Positions 41,335 to 55,875 are shown, numbered from the stretch's first letter. The stretch: 64,000 nt of DNA from Eledone cirrhosa (GCA_964016885.1 OZ024747.1:10912001-10976000), one strand, 5' to 3'. A program made the numbers and translations. Notes: generated by a model from the sequence alone, not told the origin.

Positions 41335-43034
41335 TTCTTCTTCTTCTTCTTCTTCTTCTTCTTCTTCTTCTTCTTCTTCTTCTTCCTCATCACCCCCCTC
41401 CTTCTCCTCCTCCTCCTCCCCATCATCACCATTCACCCCCCATCATCACTCCTTCTTCTACCCCCCCCCCCAAAAAAAAATCAGCCCCCCCCAACCGCAA
41501 CATCACCCCCTCATCCCCTCACCTGTCTCTCTACCATTCTATACAACTCATCAGTTGATTTACCTGATGTCTTCTGCCGTCAAGCTTTTCTCTTCTTCTT
41601 CCAATAGTCTTCACTTGTATTTGTTATATATATATTATATATTTGTTATATATTATATATATTTTATATATTTGTTATATATTATATATATATGTTATAT
41701 ATTATATATATATATTATATATTTGTTATATATTATATATATGTTACATATTTGTTATATATTATATTTATATGTTATATATTATATATATATTATATAT
41801 TTGTTATATATTATATATATATTATATATTTGTTATATATTATATATATGTTATATATTTGTTATTTGTTATATATATATTATATATTTGTTATATATTA
41901 TATATATGTTACATATTTGTTATATATTATATATATGTTATATATTTGTTATTTGTTATATGTTACATATTTGTTATATATTATATATTTACATATTTGT
42001 TATATATTATATATATGTTATATATTTGTTATTTGTTATATATGTTATATATTTGTTATATATAATATATATGTTTTATACGTTATATATTATATATATG
42101 TTATATATATGTTATATATATGTTACATATTTGTCATATATTATATGTTTTATATCTTATATATTATATATATATTATATATATGTTATATATGTTATAT
42201 ATATGTTATATATATGTAATATATATATGTTATATATGTTATATATATGTTATATATTATATATATATTATGTATATAACATATATCTAACATATATGTT
42301 ACATATATGTTATATATACGTTATATATACGTTATATATATGTTATATATATGTTATATATTTATTATATATTTGTTATATATTTGGTCGAAAGAATTTT
42401 TATAGACACCACTCACAGATTTAGTGTCAGCATTTTCCACAGGAATGCTGTATTGTTTCTTATTGTTTCTTATTGTTTCTTAGTTTAATATTGTTTATTA
42501 TTGTTTATTATTATTTATTTCTATTTTCTCTCTATTTTCTCTCTGTTTTTTTTAACTTTCCTTTCTCTGTATTTTTGTATTTTTCTGTTTGTTTTCAATT
42601 ATTTTTCAATTATTTTTACTATTACCTATGTTGTTGTTTTTGGCGTTGTTTTCGTGTTGTTGTTGATGTTGTTGGAGTTGTCGGTGTTACTGTTACTGTT
42701 ATTGTTTTCATTTGTTGTTGTTGTTGATGTTGTAATTTCTTTTCGGGGTGGTGTGGGAGGGGAGGAAGACAATGTCATCATTTGATATTTAAATCATCCG
42801 TGTGATTGCTATGTATGAAAGTATGTGACTGTATTGTGTGTGTGTGTGTGGTTGGGGATATGGGGTGGGTTTGGGTGGGTGGGCGCGTGTGGCATGTTTT
42901 TCTGATATGCTTGGGTACGCACGTGTGTTTGTGTGTGTATATATATATATATATATATTATGCACACACGCACACACAACACACACATATATATATATAC
43001 GTACACATACTTATACACACACATATATACATTT

Positions 43035-43074
<40 letters not shown>

Positions 43075-43529
43075 GTACATATACTTACACACACACATAT
43101 AGACACACACTCACACATATATGTATATACATATATGTGTGAGTGTGTGTCTATATGTGTGTGTAAGTATGTGTACGTGTATATATATATATATACATAT
43201 ATATATACACATATATATACACGTACACATACTTACACACACATATAGACACACACTCACACATATATGTATATACACACGTACACATACTTACACACAC
43301 ACATATATATACATATTCTATAATCTGGGCAGGTAGAAACATTTCAAAATATTGGTTTCTGATTTAAGCACAAGGCCAATCATTTTGAGGTTTTACAACA
43401 ACCCCAGTGTATTACTGGTACTTTATTTTAGCGACCCCGTAAGGATGAAAAGCAAAACTACCCTCGGCTGAATTTGAACTCAGAACGTAAAGAGCGACAA
43501 CAAAGTACTGTAATGCATGGGTCGGACAG

Positions 43530-43890
43530 ATGCATGGGTCGGACAGGGAAAAGAGATCCTGATTGATTATAGATATAGCTTGCCCCTTTGACACAAGATT
43601 GCAAGAAAAGGAGGGGGAGAAAATGAACCGGTATCAGGATTTAAAGTGGGGATTAAAAAGGATTTGGGGTTGTCCTCATCGTCATAGGAGCACTAGGTAC
43701 TCGAAGAGTTTCCAAGGCTGGTTAAAGAACATTATCCCAGCATTCTCATCGCCTTTTAGCACTCCAGAAGGTATGCCGGCTGGGGACAGCAAGGACCCCC
43801 CGATACGTCCTGAATATCTGAGGCTGCAGGTAGCGGCTTGATGTTCATTAGGGCAAATTTTCCAGTTAAATAACATCAATGATTGAGATA
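43530..43890 (+). mobile_element. Third RLE (R4/Rex6-like) LINE 3' fragment
   Basis: IIDIACPFDTRLQEKEGEKMNRYQDLKW.LKRIW; in another frame IVIGALGT..LGTAR. Confidence 0.75.
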
Positions 43891-43893
43891 TCA

Positions 43894-43998
<105 letters not shown>

Positions 43999-45341
43999 CC
44001 ACGACGATAATGATAAATGAAGATATGAAGATAATAAATGTGATAACAGTCATCAAAAATATAAGGTGAGGAAGTAGCATAAATAACATTACTAACTTCT
44101 ATACAACATTCCCCTCTTTTCCTAGTACACTCATAACCACACGTCTTCGTACCTGCACACATACATATATTCGTAATTATACACTTATATATCTGTATAT
44201 ACACACATATACATGTATAAACACGTAAAACTATTCCCAACCATGTCACTTTAACAATTCTAGTATATGTCATCTCAACGATATTGTCATTGGTTTATTG
44301 AAAGCTAAGAGATGTCATGCAGTTGACAGCACAAACCTTTAAAAAAAGTTTCTTGCAATATATGTACATATTCAGAAAACCTCAACAACAGATGCCTACT
44401 AAAATATTGATTTAATAAGAGATCCTCTATGTGGTCACTCAACGTGCTAAAACTAACAGCCACAAAACACGGTCAACAGTCTTGTGGTCATTGATTCTCT
44501 ATGTAGAGGTGGATGGTAACGACTGGACAGACTTGAAATTAAATAAGAACATACACTACTCTAATATATCTGGAGTCTAATATTAACAATTATAAAAATG
44601 ATTGTAGAAAACGCTTGTCTCTCCGCCAACGGTTCCAGAAGATACGATCTCTGTCTTTTGGAAAACTATAACAAACTGTTGCAGCATTTTGCAATTTTGA
44701 AAAAAAGATCTGAATTAGTGAATTCCTGCAGACATTTCCGTCTATAATTACTGACAAATTTTCAACTATTTCCTAAACAATACATTTATAATAATGATTA
44801 ATTAAAGATTTAAGGATATTCCATGTTTCGAAATCATTCACGAAACTTTATTAAAAAAAAGTGGTGGTGATGTTAGAGGGGCGAGGGGACCTCTTCCGAT
44901 CGAACATTTTTGTTATTTATTTATCTATTTATTTTGTTTTCGCCAATGATACCGAAGAGATGAAAATATCAGGTATTTTCACGTGAGCATAATGAAAATA
45001 TCACCTGTTTAAGCATATATTAATAAGTAAATGAAAATGTGACACATTTACTGAAATATTTACCTTTATCAGCCAATCAAATAAATATATACCGTTGTAC
45101 TCCCTAGAGTTTATACTCATATGATGTCACCACATTCAGTCACGTGAACAATCGTAACCATGAAACTCAGAATTACTGTTTGAAACAAATTCATCTTCTA
45201 ACAAAATATATACTTTCTGATTTATGTATAAGATACCTTTCCCCATTTGTAAATATACAGGTTCACTAATCCGTATGTATGTATGTATGTATGTATGTAT
45301 GTATGTATGTATGTATGTATGTATGTATGTATGTATGTATG

Positions 45342-45656
45342 TTTTCTCTTTCTCTTAATTTCGAGTATATTTTTTTGACCGGCCACCTTCCTGGTGGCAA
45401 GGTTGTAAAAGAAAAGAAATTGTCATCCCTTGAATCGCAAGAATGTTTTGCAAATTTTGAAGGTGCCAGCTATCGCAGCCATTTGTAGACTATGAATTAG
45501 GGAGCTGCGCTTTTTGTCCGCAAATCCAAGTTCAGTCATACTTTGGTCCAAGCGGGTTGGTATATAAGCCGTAGCACCAATAATGATGGGTATGAAGCTA
45601 AAGGTGTATCTTGGATACTGGATTTGTAAACTCCTCATCAATGGTCCGTAGATGTC
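45342..45656 (-). mobile_element. R4-like family A 3' fragment in (TACA)n
   Basis: [30 protein letters not shown]. Confidence 0.85.
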
Positions 45657-45742
45657 ATGTATGTATGTATGTATGTATGTATGTATGTATGTATGTATGT
45701 ATGTATGTATGTATGTATGTATGTATGTATGTATGTATGTAT

Positions 45743-46349
45743 GTCAGGTCACCAGTTGGTGCTACTGGTAACATGTATCCCAGTACAACCTGTCTCTTGG
45801 TCGGGTCGTTGTCGACTAAACTGGCAAGCCCACCAAGGTTTCTTTGTGAGGAGGGTGACTTTGGACATCCTGCAGGACTAAAAACAAAACCTGTCAAAGG
45901 GCAAAGGAGCTCTTAAAAGTCAATGGCCATCCAAAATCACCGGGAGAGATGACACCTTAGCCTTTGTCAAGGCAGAATTCTAGGAGAAGGAAAACTCTGA
46001 TATAACACCTGCAACTCTGATGGTATCCAATGATGTTGACTTGTTCTTCTTTTTGGTAAATATCATCTTGGTTAAGAGAGTGGGACTGGCTTTGTGCAGT
46101 ACCTTTGCTCACCATAAAAGCTTCACGGCTCAGGCATTGCTTTATATCTGGAGATCTCTCTACACTTATCGTCACATGGTACCATGAGCCCAGCACTATG
46201 TGTCAATAATTGTCACAAGTGTAGTGTTTGTACCAGAGTTTTCAAGTCGCTAGCTGGACTAAAAAGTCACACTCGTTCAGCGCATCGGTAGGGGTTCTCC
46301 TACATGGATGTAAAGTAGTGGCCGTACTCGAAAACGAGTTGGCAGCCAC
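45743..46349 (+). mobile_element. ~605-bp RTE-derived non-autonomous element, full length
   Basis: RTE-5'UTR-like ctaggagaaggaaaactctga (45980) and a 3' relic encoding the C2H2 finger [22 protein letters not shown] (46220-46291). Confidence 0.8.
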
Positions 46350-46995
46350 TATGTATGTATGTATGTATGTATGTATGTATGTATGTATGTATGTATGTAT
46401 GTATGTATGTATATGTGTACGTACGTATGTATGTATGTATGTATGTATGTATGTACGTACGTATGTATGTATGTGTGTACGTACGTATGTACGTACGTAT
46501 GTATGTATGTATCTATGTAGGTAGGTAGGTAGGTATGTAGGTAGGTAGGTATGTTTTTTACATATGTATGTATATAGGTAGGTATATGTGTATGTATGTT
46601 TGAATGTATGTTTATATGTATGTATATATGTATGATGTATTTAAGTATGTATATATCTATGCATTCATGTATGTATATGAGTATGTATGTATGTATGTTT
46701 ATATATATATAGAGAGAGATAGATAGATAGATATATTATATATGTATGTATACTCTTTTACTCTTTTACCTGTTTCAGCCATCCGGCTGAGGCCATGCTG
46801 GGGCACCGCCCTTGACACATATATATATATATGCCAGTGTAATCGTTTATGTTCATGCGTGTATATAATTGAATAATTCAAATAAAATAATTACATTAAA
46901 TACGTTTGAGGATTAATCTAAATTTCAACAAGAAACACGAATATAATTCATGACTAATTGTAGATCCAGACACTAATGGTTCTTAATGAAGGGCA

Positions 46996-47101
<106 letters not shown>

Positions 47102-47139
47102 AATATATATATATATGTATGTATATATATATATGTATA

Positions 47140-47178
<39 letters not shown>

Positions 47179-47649
47179 TTATATATATATATATATATAT
47201 ATACATTTGATATATATATATATGCGTGTGTGTGTGTGTGTGTGTATGTGTGCGGGTCTATGTATGTGTATGTATGTGTGCGTGTGTGTGTGTGTCTAAG
47301 TCTATGTGTATGTGTCTAAGTGAGAGGGGGAGACTCCTAGAGAGCAGTCTCAACTGATAGTGTCCTACGTGCTTCATACATTATCTTAGAAATGGGCAAT
47401 ATGGAGGCGGAGATTGTAAAACTGATAAACATTTCTATAGAGAAAGGTGGAGAATAAGTGCAGTATTCTAGGAGTCTGTGATTGCTTGACCCGTTAGAAA
47501 CACTAACCAAATCCTCTTTAAATCAATGTGACAGCCAAATGACTTGAAAAAATGTGATTTTGGTTCGGTATTCCGGAGTTTATTTCCATACATACATACA
47601 TACGTACGTACGTACATGCATGCATACATACATACATACATACATATAT

Positions 47650-48060
47650 GGTGGCTGCCAACTCGTTTTCGAGTACGGCCACTACTTTATATCCATGTAG
47701 GAGAACCCCTACTGATGCGCTGAACGAGTGTGACTTTTTAGTCCAGCCAGCGACTTGAAAGCTCTGGTACAAACACTACACTTGTGACAATTATTGACAC
47801 ATAGTGCTGGGCCCATGGTACCATGTGACGACAAATGCAGAGAGATCTCCAGATATAAAGCAATGCCTGTGCCGTGAAGCTTTTATAGTGAGCAAAGGCA
47901 CTGCACAAAGCCAGTCCCACTCTCTTAACCAAGATGATATTTACCAAAAAGAAGAACAAGTCAACATCATTGGATACCATCAGGGTTGCAGGTGTTATAT
48001 CAGAGTTTTCCTTCTCCTAGAATTCTGCCTTGACAAAGGCTAAGGGGTCATCTCTCCCGG
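47650..48060 (-). mobile_element. 5'-truncated copy of the RTE-derived element
   Basis: Reverse complement of ~45940-46349. Confidence 0.85.
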
Positions 48061-48151
48061 ATGCATACATATATACATGCATACATACATACATACATTC
48101 ATACATACATTCATTCAAACAAACATACATGTATACATAATACAAACATAT

Positions 48152-49207
48152 AGTAACACTGAAGCAACACCTTCAACAGAGGAAAAAGGTTGGCAACCAT
48201 CTTGCCCAGGTTTATGAGCATGAAAAAAAAAAATCATTAGAATAGCCACTGATCTGGAGGAGAGATATGGAATAAAGCCTGATATAAATCTCTCACCCAG
48301 AGAAATCGGAAGATCCTATTCAATGTTCAAACAAGATGAAAAAATTGACCAATTTACAGAAAAAGTTGTGCATGGATACTTGAGACGTAAAACACAGACC
48401 ATAGAGGGGATAAACCACTCAAAAAGCCTGGCATGGAGTTCCGACAAGTTTATGACATCACACCTTGAGGGATATCTCTATGCAATACAGGAACAAGAAC
48501 TCCCTACCAAATATCTGCTGCACAAAAGGGGAGGGCCATCAGCTGACAATAAATGTAGGCTATGTAAAACAAAGATCGAGGATGTAAGCCACATTGTTGC
48601 CAGCTGCGAAAGAATGTCATCTCGCTACTACCTCCCCATGAGACACGATGGGATAGCTAGAACCATCTGGAACGCACTTCGGAAAACAAAATTAACAACA
48701 AACGAGGAAGAATATATTGAGACAGATGGCACTAAGGAATACTGGTGGAACCTGAAAATAAAAACTGCCACCAAATTAAAGCACAACCGGCCTGATATTG
48801 TTGTTTGGGACCACACATTGAAAACGTGTTCTGTTGTGGAGATCAGCTGCCCACTTGATGTAATCGTTGTCAGAAAAATACAGGAGAAGGCGGACATCTA
48901 CGGACCATTGATGAGGAGTTGGCAAGTCCAGTATCCAAGATACACCTTTAGCTTCATACCCATCATTATTGGAGCTATGGGTTGTATACCAACCCGCTTG
49001 GACCAAAGTATGACTGAACTTGGAATTGCGGACAAAGAGCGCAGCTCCCTAATTCATAGTCTACAAATGGCTGCGATAGCTGGCACCTTCAAAATTTGCA
49101 AAACATTCTTGTGATTCAAGGGATGACAATTTCTTTTCTTTTACAACCTTGCCACCAGGAAGGTGGCCGGTCAAAAAAATATACTCGAAATTAAGAGAAA
49201 GAGATAA
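48152..49207 (+). mobile_element. R4/Dong-like RLE LINE family A, longest copy
   Basis: Contains ORF 48323-49114 and a 3'UTR shared with three other copies. Confidence 0.9.
48323..49114 (+). pseudogene. C-terminal zinc knuckle and restriction-like endonuclease of a non-LTR retrotransposon
   Basis: AIQEQ, CRLC..HIVASC (CCHC), RHD, RPDIV..VEISCP..K..IY. The copy is 5'-truncated, and a CGA>TGA change relative to other copies clips RFKG. Confidence 0.9.
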
Positions 49208-49368
49208 CATTCATTCAAACATACATACATACATACAAACATACATACATACATACATACATACATAATATAACCATTCATACATACATACACACACAAT
49301 ACACATACATACATACATACATACATACATACATACATACATACATACATACATACATACATAATACA

Positions 49369-49666
49369 ATCCATTAATGGAACAGTAAAAATATATAAAA
49401 CATTCCAAAAATTCTACATCTAATAACTACATATACACATGTACAGATATAAAACATATACAAATGCACACGTATAACTCAAAACATACACCTCCACACA
49501 TACGATAACATCCATACCTGCACACACATGATACATGCAGGTATGCATCCATAATCTACCTAGTTGTTGTTGTGTAAATTCCAATGAGAGAGTCTTGTGT
49601 CTATGTTAGAAACCGACTCTCTCTCTATATTGGTAAAACATTATAAAATTATAAAACCAGAAGACC
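49369..49666 (+). mobile_element. R4-like family B 3' fragment
   Basis: Homologous to the 33420-33700 minus copy. Confidence 0.8.
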
Positions 49667-49668
49667 AT

Positions 49669-49723
<55 letters not shown>

Positions 49724-49928
49724 CATACACACATGCATACATACATATACACATGCATATCGTGGAAGATAGACGGTAAAAGAAGATGATGATGATGATG
49801 ATGATGCATAGATACATACATACATACATATATGCATACATACATATATGCATATATATACATACATACATACATGAATACATATATATATATATATACA
49901 TACATGCATACATACATACATACATACA

Positions 49929-49962
<34 letters not shown>

Positions 49963-50035
49963 CATACATACATACTTACATACATACATACATGCATACA
50001 TACATATATACATGCATACATATATATATATATAT

Positions 50036-50636
50036 GGTGGCTGCCAACTCGTTTTCGAATACGGCCACTACTTAATATCCATGTAGGAGAACTCCTACCT
50101 ATGCGCTGAACGAGTGTGACTTTTTAGTCCAGCTAGCGACCTGAAAACTCTGGTACAAACACTACACTTGTGACAATTGTTGACACATAGTGCTGGGTCC
50201 ATGGTACCATGTGACGACAAGTGCAGAGAGATCTCCAGATATAAAGCAATGCTTGTGCCGTGAAGCTTTTATGGTGAGCAAAGGCACTGCACAAAGCCAG
50301 TCCCACTCTCTTAACCAAGATGATATTTACCAAAAAGAAGAACAAGTCAACATCATTGGATACCATCAGAGTTGCAGGTCACCAGTTGGTGCTACTGGTA
50401 ACATGTATCCCAGTACAACCTGTCTCATGGTCGGGTCGTTGGCGACTAAACTGGCAACACCACCAAGGTTTCTTTGTGAGGAGGGTGATTTGGACATCCT
50501 TCAGGACTAAAAACAAAACCTGTCAAAGGGCAAAGGAGCTCTTAAGAGTCAATGGCCATCCAAAATCAACGGGAGAGATGACCCCTTAGCCTTTGTCAAG
50601 GCAGAATTCTAGGATAAGGAAAACTCTGATATAACA
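50036..50636 (-). mobile_element. RTE-derived element with inverted 5' half
   Basis: 3' half on minus at 50036-50379 and 5' half on plus at 50375-50636; CAGGT microhomology at the junction. Confidence 0.9.
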
Positions 50637-50639
50637 TAT

Positions 50640-50701
50640 ATATATATACATACATACATACATACATACATACATACATACATACTTACATACATACATA
50701 C

Positions 50702-50732
<31 letters not shown>

Positions 50733-50785
50733 CATACTTACATACATACATACATACTTACATACATACATACATACATACATAC

Positions 50786-50816
<31 letters not shown>

Positions 50817-50853
50817 CATACATACATACATACATACTTACATACATACATAC

Positions 50854-50884
<31 letters not shown>

Positions 50885-50961
50885 CATACTTACATACATA
50901 CATACATACTTACATACATACATACATACATACATACTTACATACATACATACATACATAC

Positions 50962-50992
<31 letters not shown>

Positions 50993-51045
50993 CATACATA
51001 CTTACATACATACATACATACTTACATACATACATACATACATAC

Positions 51046-51076
<31 letters not shown>

Positions 51077-51257
51077 CATACATACATACTTACATACATA
51101 CATACATACATACTTACATACATACATACATAGATACATACATACTTACATACATACATACTTACATACATACATACATAGATACATACATACATACATA
51201 CATACATACATACATACATACATACATACTTACATACATACATACATACATACATAC

Positions 51258-51288
<31 letters not shown>

Positions 51289-51305
51289 CATACATACATA
51301 CATAC

Positions 51306-51336
<31 letters not shown>

Positions 51337-51390
51337 CATACATACATACATACATACATACATACATACATACATACATACACACACATA
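50640..51390. repeat. (CATA/CTTA)n microsatellite
   Basis: Direct reading. Confidence 0.95.
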
Positions 51391-51905
51391 CACACCAGTT
51401 ATTCCATAATCACACACACCGACACCGACACCGACATATCCTGGAGGTATGTCGGTGTTAACATTTGTGTTTATAGAATAACCGGTGGGTCATTAAAAAC
51501 AAAAACTAACCGGTGATGTATCAACAAGCTTAAGTTACCGATTCGATATAAATCAATAGAATAAAGAAGCAGATTAATATAATCATTGGGATCGATATAA
51601 TCGATTTAAATCATGAAGCTGACACTCCAATATGGCCGCAGGACGATGAGTGAAAACTGTGCAAGAAGAACATATATAACTTATATATTTACATGAGAGA
51701 TACTGAAAGGAAGAGATAGAGAGGTAGTGAGAGATTGTGAGAGTGAGAGTGAGAGTGATAGAGAGTGAGGGAGGGAGAGAGAGAGAAAGTGAGAGATTGT
51801 GAGAGTGTGAGTGAGACTGAGGGTGAAAGTGAGAGATTGTGAGAGTTAGAGTCTGAGTAACAGAGAGAGAAAAAGAGAAAGAATGAGAGCGATAGATAGA
51901 TAAAG

Positions 51906-52050
<145 letters not shown>

Positions 52051-52681
52051 TGTGTAAGATAAGTTGTCTTTGAAATTTCTACTATTAGCAAGTTATGAAA
52101 TTATAATATGATGTCATAAAATATACGATCTCACTTGAGTTATGGGTTTTCTGGCGCCAAAATAATAAACAAACACAAACAAAAATTCACGAATATCTGT
52201 ACAAGAAAATATTAAAAAAATTATCGAAATAAAAATAAAAGCAACCGAAATAAAACTAATAAAAATAATAATAATAATAATAATAACGAATCTAAGCTGG
52301 AGAGATATTTTATTTTTTTAATTTGGGAAAATGTATTCGGCGCCATACGACTTTATGAAGACAAACTGTGTTGGTAAAGTCTCACTGTCACCATATTGTG
52401 TCCACGTGATATAAAGGATTAATGTTACTTAAGTGAGAACTTAGAAACACCCAAATTAGTTGATAAATAGCGACTAGTGACGACTGAAAGATTCGTCTTG
52501 TCTACAACCACACACAGCTTCGCTTCATATTCATTATGTTATGTTCCAAAGTAGTTCATATATATATATATATATATTCATAGAGATGTATAAATATATA
52601 CATACATACATACATGGTTATATATATACATATATTCTGTGCGTCCACATGTGTGTTTGTGTGCATGTGTGAGTGTGTGTA

Positions 52682-52747
<66 letters not shown>

Positions 52748-52886
52748 TAAATAACATAAAATAATTTATAACCTACTTTAGATTCTTATATTAAGTTCTT
52801 TACACCTGTATTATTTACAGCCCTGCGTATTTTATACCACTGTGTGTGTATATATATATGTATATATATACATACATATATATGTG

Positions 52887-52927
<41 letters not shown>

Positions 52928-52951
52928 CTCTCTCTCTATATATATATATGC

Positions 52952-53003
<52 letters not shown>

Positions 53004-53402
53004 ATGTGTAATGTATTTATATACATACATACACACACATACGTACATACATGCAAATAAACATACATACATAAAAGCATACATACATACATACATAAAA
53101 ACAAACATACATACATACATACACATATACATACATACATATATACGTATATGCGTAATGTTTTCTCTAATACCAACATATTTGGTGTCAACGTTGCAAC
53201 AGAGTTAACTGACCAGAAGTAACTAAATTCTCGCTATAACAAGATGTCAAGGACAAGCTAGTAGAATGGACAGACAATTGTCAAGGACAGGCTGTCCCAT
53301 TGACAGACTTCTGTCAATGACAGGCTACAACAATGACTTGACTGACAGACTTCTGCCAATGACAGAGTTACAATGACTGGACAGACAGACTTCTGTCAGT
53401 GT

Positions 53403-54115
53403 CAGGCTGTCATATTGACTGGACAGTCAGATAGGCTGTCATATTGACTGGACAGTCAGATAGGCTGTCATATTGACTGGACAGTCAGACAGGCTGTCAT
53501 ATTGACTGGACAGTCAGACAGGCTGTCATATTGACTGGACAGTCAGACAGGCTGTCATATTGACTGGACAGTCAGACAGGCTGTCATATTGACTGGACAG
53601 TCAGATAGGCTGTCATATTGACTGGACAGTCAGATAGGCTGTCATATTGACTGGACAGTCAGATAGGCTGTCATATTGACTGGACAGTCAGACAGGCTGT
53701 CATATTGACTGGACAGTCAGACAGGCTGTCATATTGACTGGACAGTCAGACAGGCTGTCATATTGACTGGACAGTCAGATAGGCTGTCATATTGACTGGA
53801 CAGTCAGATAGGCTGTCATATTGACTGGACAGTCAGATAGGCTGTCATATTGACTGGACAGTCAGATAGGCTGTCATATTGACTGGACAGTCAGGCAGGC
53901 TGTCATATTGACTGGACAGTCAGACAGGCTGTCATATTGACTGGACAGTCAGACAGGCTGTCATATTGACTGGACAGTCAGACAGGCTGTCATATTGACT
54001 GGACAGTCAGACAGGCTGTCATATTGACTGGACAGTCAGACAGGCTGTCATATTGACTGGACAGTCAGACAGGCTGTCATATTGACTGGACAGTCAGACA
54101 GGCTGTCATATTGAC
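53403..54115 (+). repeat. 29-bp minisatellite, ~24.5 copies
   Basis: Yaggctgtcatattgactggacagtcaga; degenerate precursor units at 53245-53400. Confidence 0.95.
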
Positions 54116-54378
54116 ATATAATTCACACTTTTATCCAGCTTTAAAATCATGGCAAAAACTATAAATGTTTCAGTTATTCGCTCATCAAGTTCTTTGTTTT
54201 GTACTGACAATAGTTTAAAATCTCTGTTGCATCATCATCATTATTTCAATATTGGTAGTGTAGCTTTTTGATAATTTAAAAGCTATGTTTGTTTTAAAGC
54301 ATTGCACTTGTCAACTGTGTATACTTCAAAAATTGGCAACAAATCATGCTATCTATATATATGTGTGTGTGTGTGTGT

Positions 54379-54467
<89 letters not shown>

Positions 54468-55145
54468 CGTGCGTGTGTGTGTGTGTTGCATAAGGGTGAA
54501 CTGGTTTGTATATTTGTTGCAGCGCGTCTCCCTCGCCGTCCTTTGGGGGCAATGTATTGCCCATCCTGTCAACCAGGACCAAGAGGAGGAGGGTAAGTTA
54601 GTTGGAGGTGAAGAAGACTCGTTCAGACGTCACACACACATATACACACCACATACACAACCACTAAGTACTTAATTTCATTAGGTTATTTAAAGCTCTA
54701 TTCTGCTTCTCAAGCTGTATGTACGTATATCCCTAGAAAACTAACAACAAATACCACAATTCTATTAAAAAAACTTCTAAATATGGAGTGACTGTGATAA
54801 AAATTAAGCTCGTTCAGTGTAGAGAGTTCGAAAAGAACGTCAACAACATCCGTCACCTCCAACACCTTTGTAAAACATTGGCTAAACTTGGACAACACCG
54901 GTGGAGATACACACACTGCACTAACGTCACATATGACGTCACAGAAACCTAATAGCGTCGTCTCATTTTAGTGACTTCCGGTCAGCTCTTCGGTGAAGCA
55001 CTTGGCACACTGGTCAAGTACACTGTGGGTGGTGGATATATGTATGTATATATATATATATATATATGTGTGTGAATTTTGTGTATATGAGAGGACCTGT
55101 TACGCATCTTATATATATTATATATTTATACACACTCACGCACAC

Positions 55146-55176
<31 letters not shown>

Positions 55177-55188
55177 TACACACGTATA

Positions 55189-55259
<71 letters not shown>

Positions 55260-55261
55260 TT

Positions 55262-55460
55262 AAAAAAATAGAGGTGTGACACACGAGTTGTGATATATTA
55301 GTAAAAAGGAAAAGAAAATGCTGACAAATTTTTCCCAGTGAAAAATAGTTTAATTGGGAATAAGTATAAATTAGTAATAAGTATTAGTTAGTATTCAGTT
55401 TTAGTTTTAAGTTTTTACCGGTTGCGCATTTCTTATGCTTTTCAAAAATAATTTTGAGTC
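55262..55460 (-). mobile_element. Penelope-LTR-like module with U3-A8 hammerhead variant (55412-55448)
   Basis: On minus: ttt-TTGAAAA-gcat aagaa atgc-GCAACCGGTA-aaaa; homologous to 3262-3480. Confidence 0.65.
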
Positions 55461-55462
55461 AC

Positions 55463-55875
55463 TATTCAACCAATTTTTTTTTTAAATTAAAAAATATAAT
55501 TTAAATATTTACCTATTCTTTTGGCCCTTACCGATCGGTTTCGCTTTGTAAAACACCAGAAATCCAATGTATCGTTCCTGGGTCTTTAGCCCTAGGAAAG
55601 GAAAATGCTTCTCTGATGAGCTTTGATTTTCCATTGGAAATCCATTGGATTTCTGGTGTTTTACAAAGCGAAACCGATCGGTAAGGGCCAAAAGAATAGG
55701 TAAATATTTAAATTATATTTTTTAAATTTTTTTTAAAAATTGGTTGAATTTTGCTTGTTCTGCTTATCTTAATATTATAGTTCTGGTATGTCAAATTAAT
55801 ACCATAGAACAACCTTAAATCATAGACAACCTATATATTTCCAGGGGTACTTAGTACCCACGGGCATATTAACTT

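Noticed and set aside
45745-45830. Canonical HDV-like ribozyme call
   Set aside because: P2, P4 and CTAA-like elements are present but P1 and P3/L3 do not fit; kept only as a hypothesis.
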